64,000 nt of DNA from positions 368,218,001-368,282,000 of the forward strand of contig OZ024741.1 of the NCBI GenBank assembly GCA_964016885.1, given 5' to 3'. This document shows, piece after piece, positions 63,756 to 64,000 of the stretch. This stretch comes from Eledone cirrhosa. Taxonomy: Eukaryota. The notes below the pieces were generated by a model that worked only from the letters and a program-made list of their open reading frames with translations, did not search any database and was not told where the DNA came from. Each line of letters begins with the position of its first letter. The stretch's first letter is position 1. The position numbers were made by a program, and so were the translations under genes.

Positions 63756-63781
63756 ATACATATATATATATACATATACAC

Positions 63782-63814
<33 letters not shown>

Positions 63815-63837
63815 CATACATATATATACATATACAC

Positions 63838-63872
<35 letters not shown>

Positions 63873-63895
63873 CATACATATATATACATATACAC

Positions 63896-63960
<65 letters not shown>

Positions 63961-64000
63961 CATATACATATATATACATATACATATATATACATATACA
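63337..64000. repeat. Compound (TA)n/(TACA)n microsatellite
   Basis: Direct reading; source of the spurious YI/CM ORFs. Confidence 0.98.

Noticed and set aside
63307-63995. Three ~220-aa YI/CM-rich ORFs
   Set aside because: Translations of a TA/TACA microsatellite.

Overview
AT-rich, repeat-dense eukaryotic (animal) genomic DNA. The SINE/LINE repertoire and microsatellite density suggest a mollusc, probably an octopus (inference). Two convergent genes can be fully reconstructed. LSm8 (+, 4 coding exons, 453-6679, 96 aa) has a U12-type (minor spliceosome) GT-AG first intron. Exportin-1/CRM1 (XPO1; -, 25 coding exons, 60797-20790, 1076 aa from the first ATG) has every junction GT-AG and in phase. 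Introns and the intergenic region hold five copies of an RTE-clade LINE family whose RT carries an inserted C4HC3 PHD-type finger, tRNA-derived SINEs, two non-autonomous Helitrons, piggyBac-like TTAA MITEs, mariner and CR1 remnants, a 57-bp tandem array and several long hairpins. The most unusual element is a ~495-bp palindrome in an XPO1 intron with a minimal type-I hammerhead-ribozyme motif on each strand (Penelope-like), bounded by a 12-bp direct repeat.
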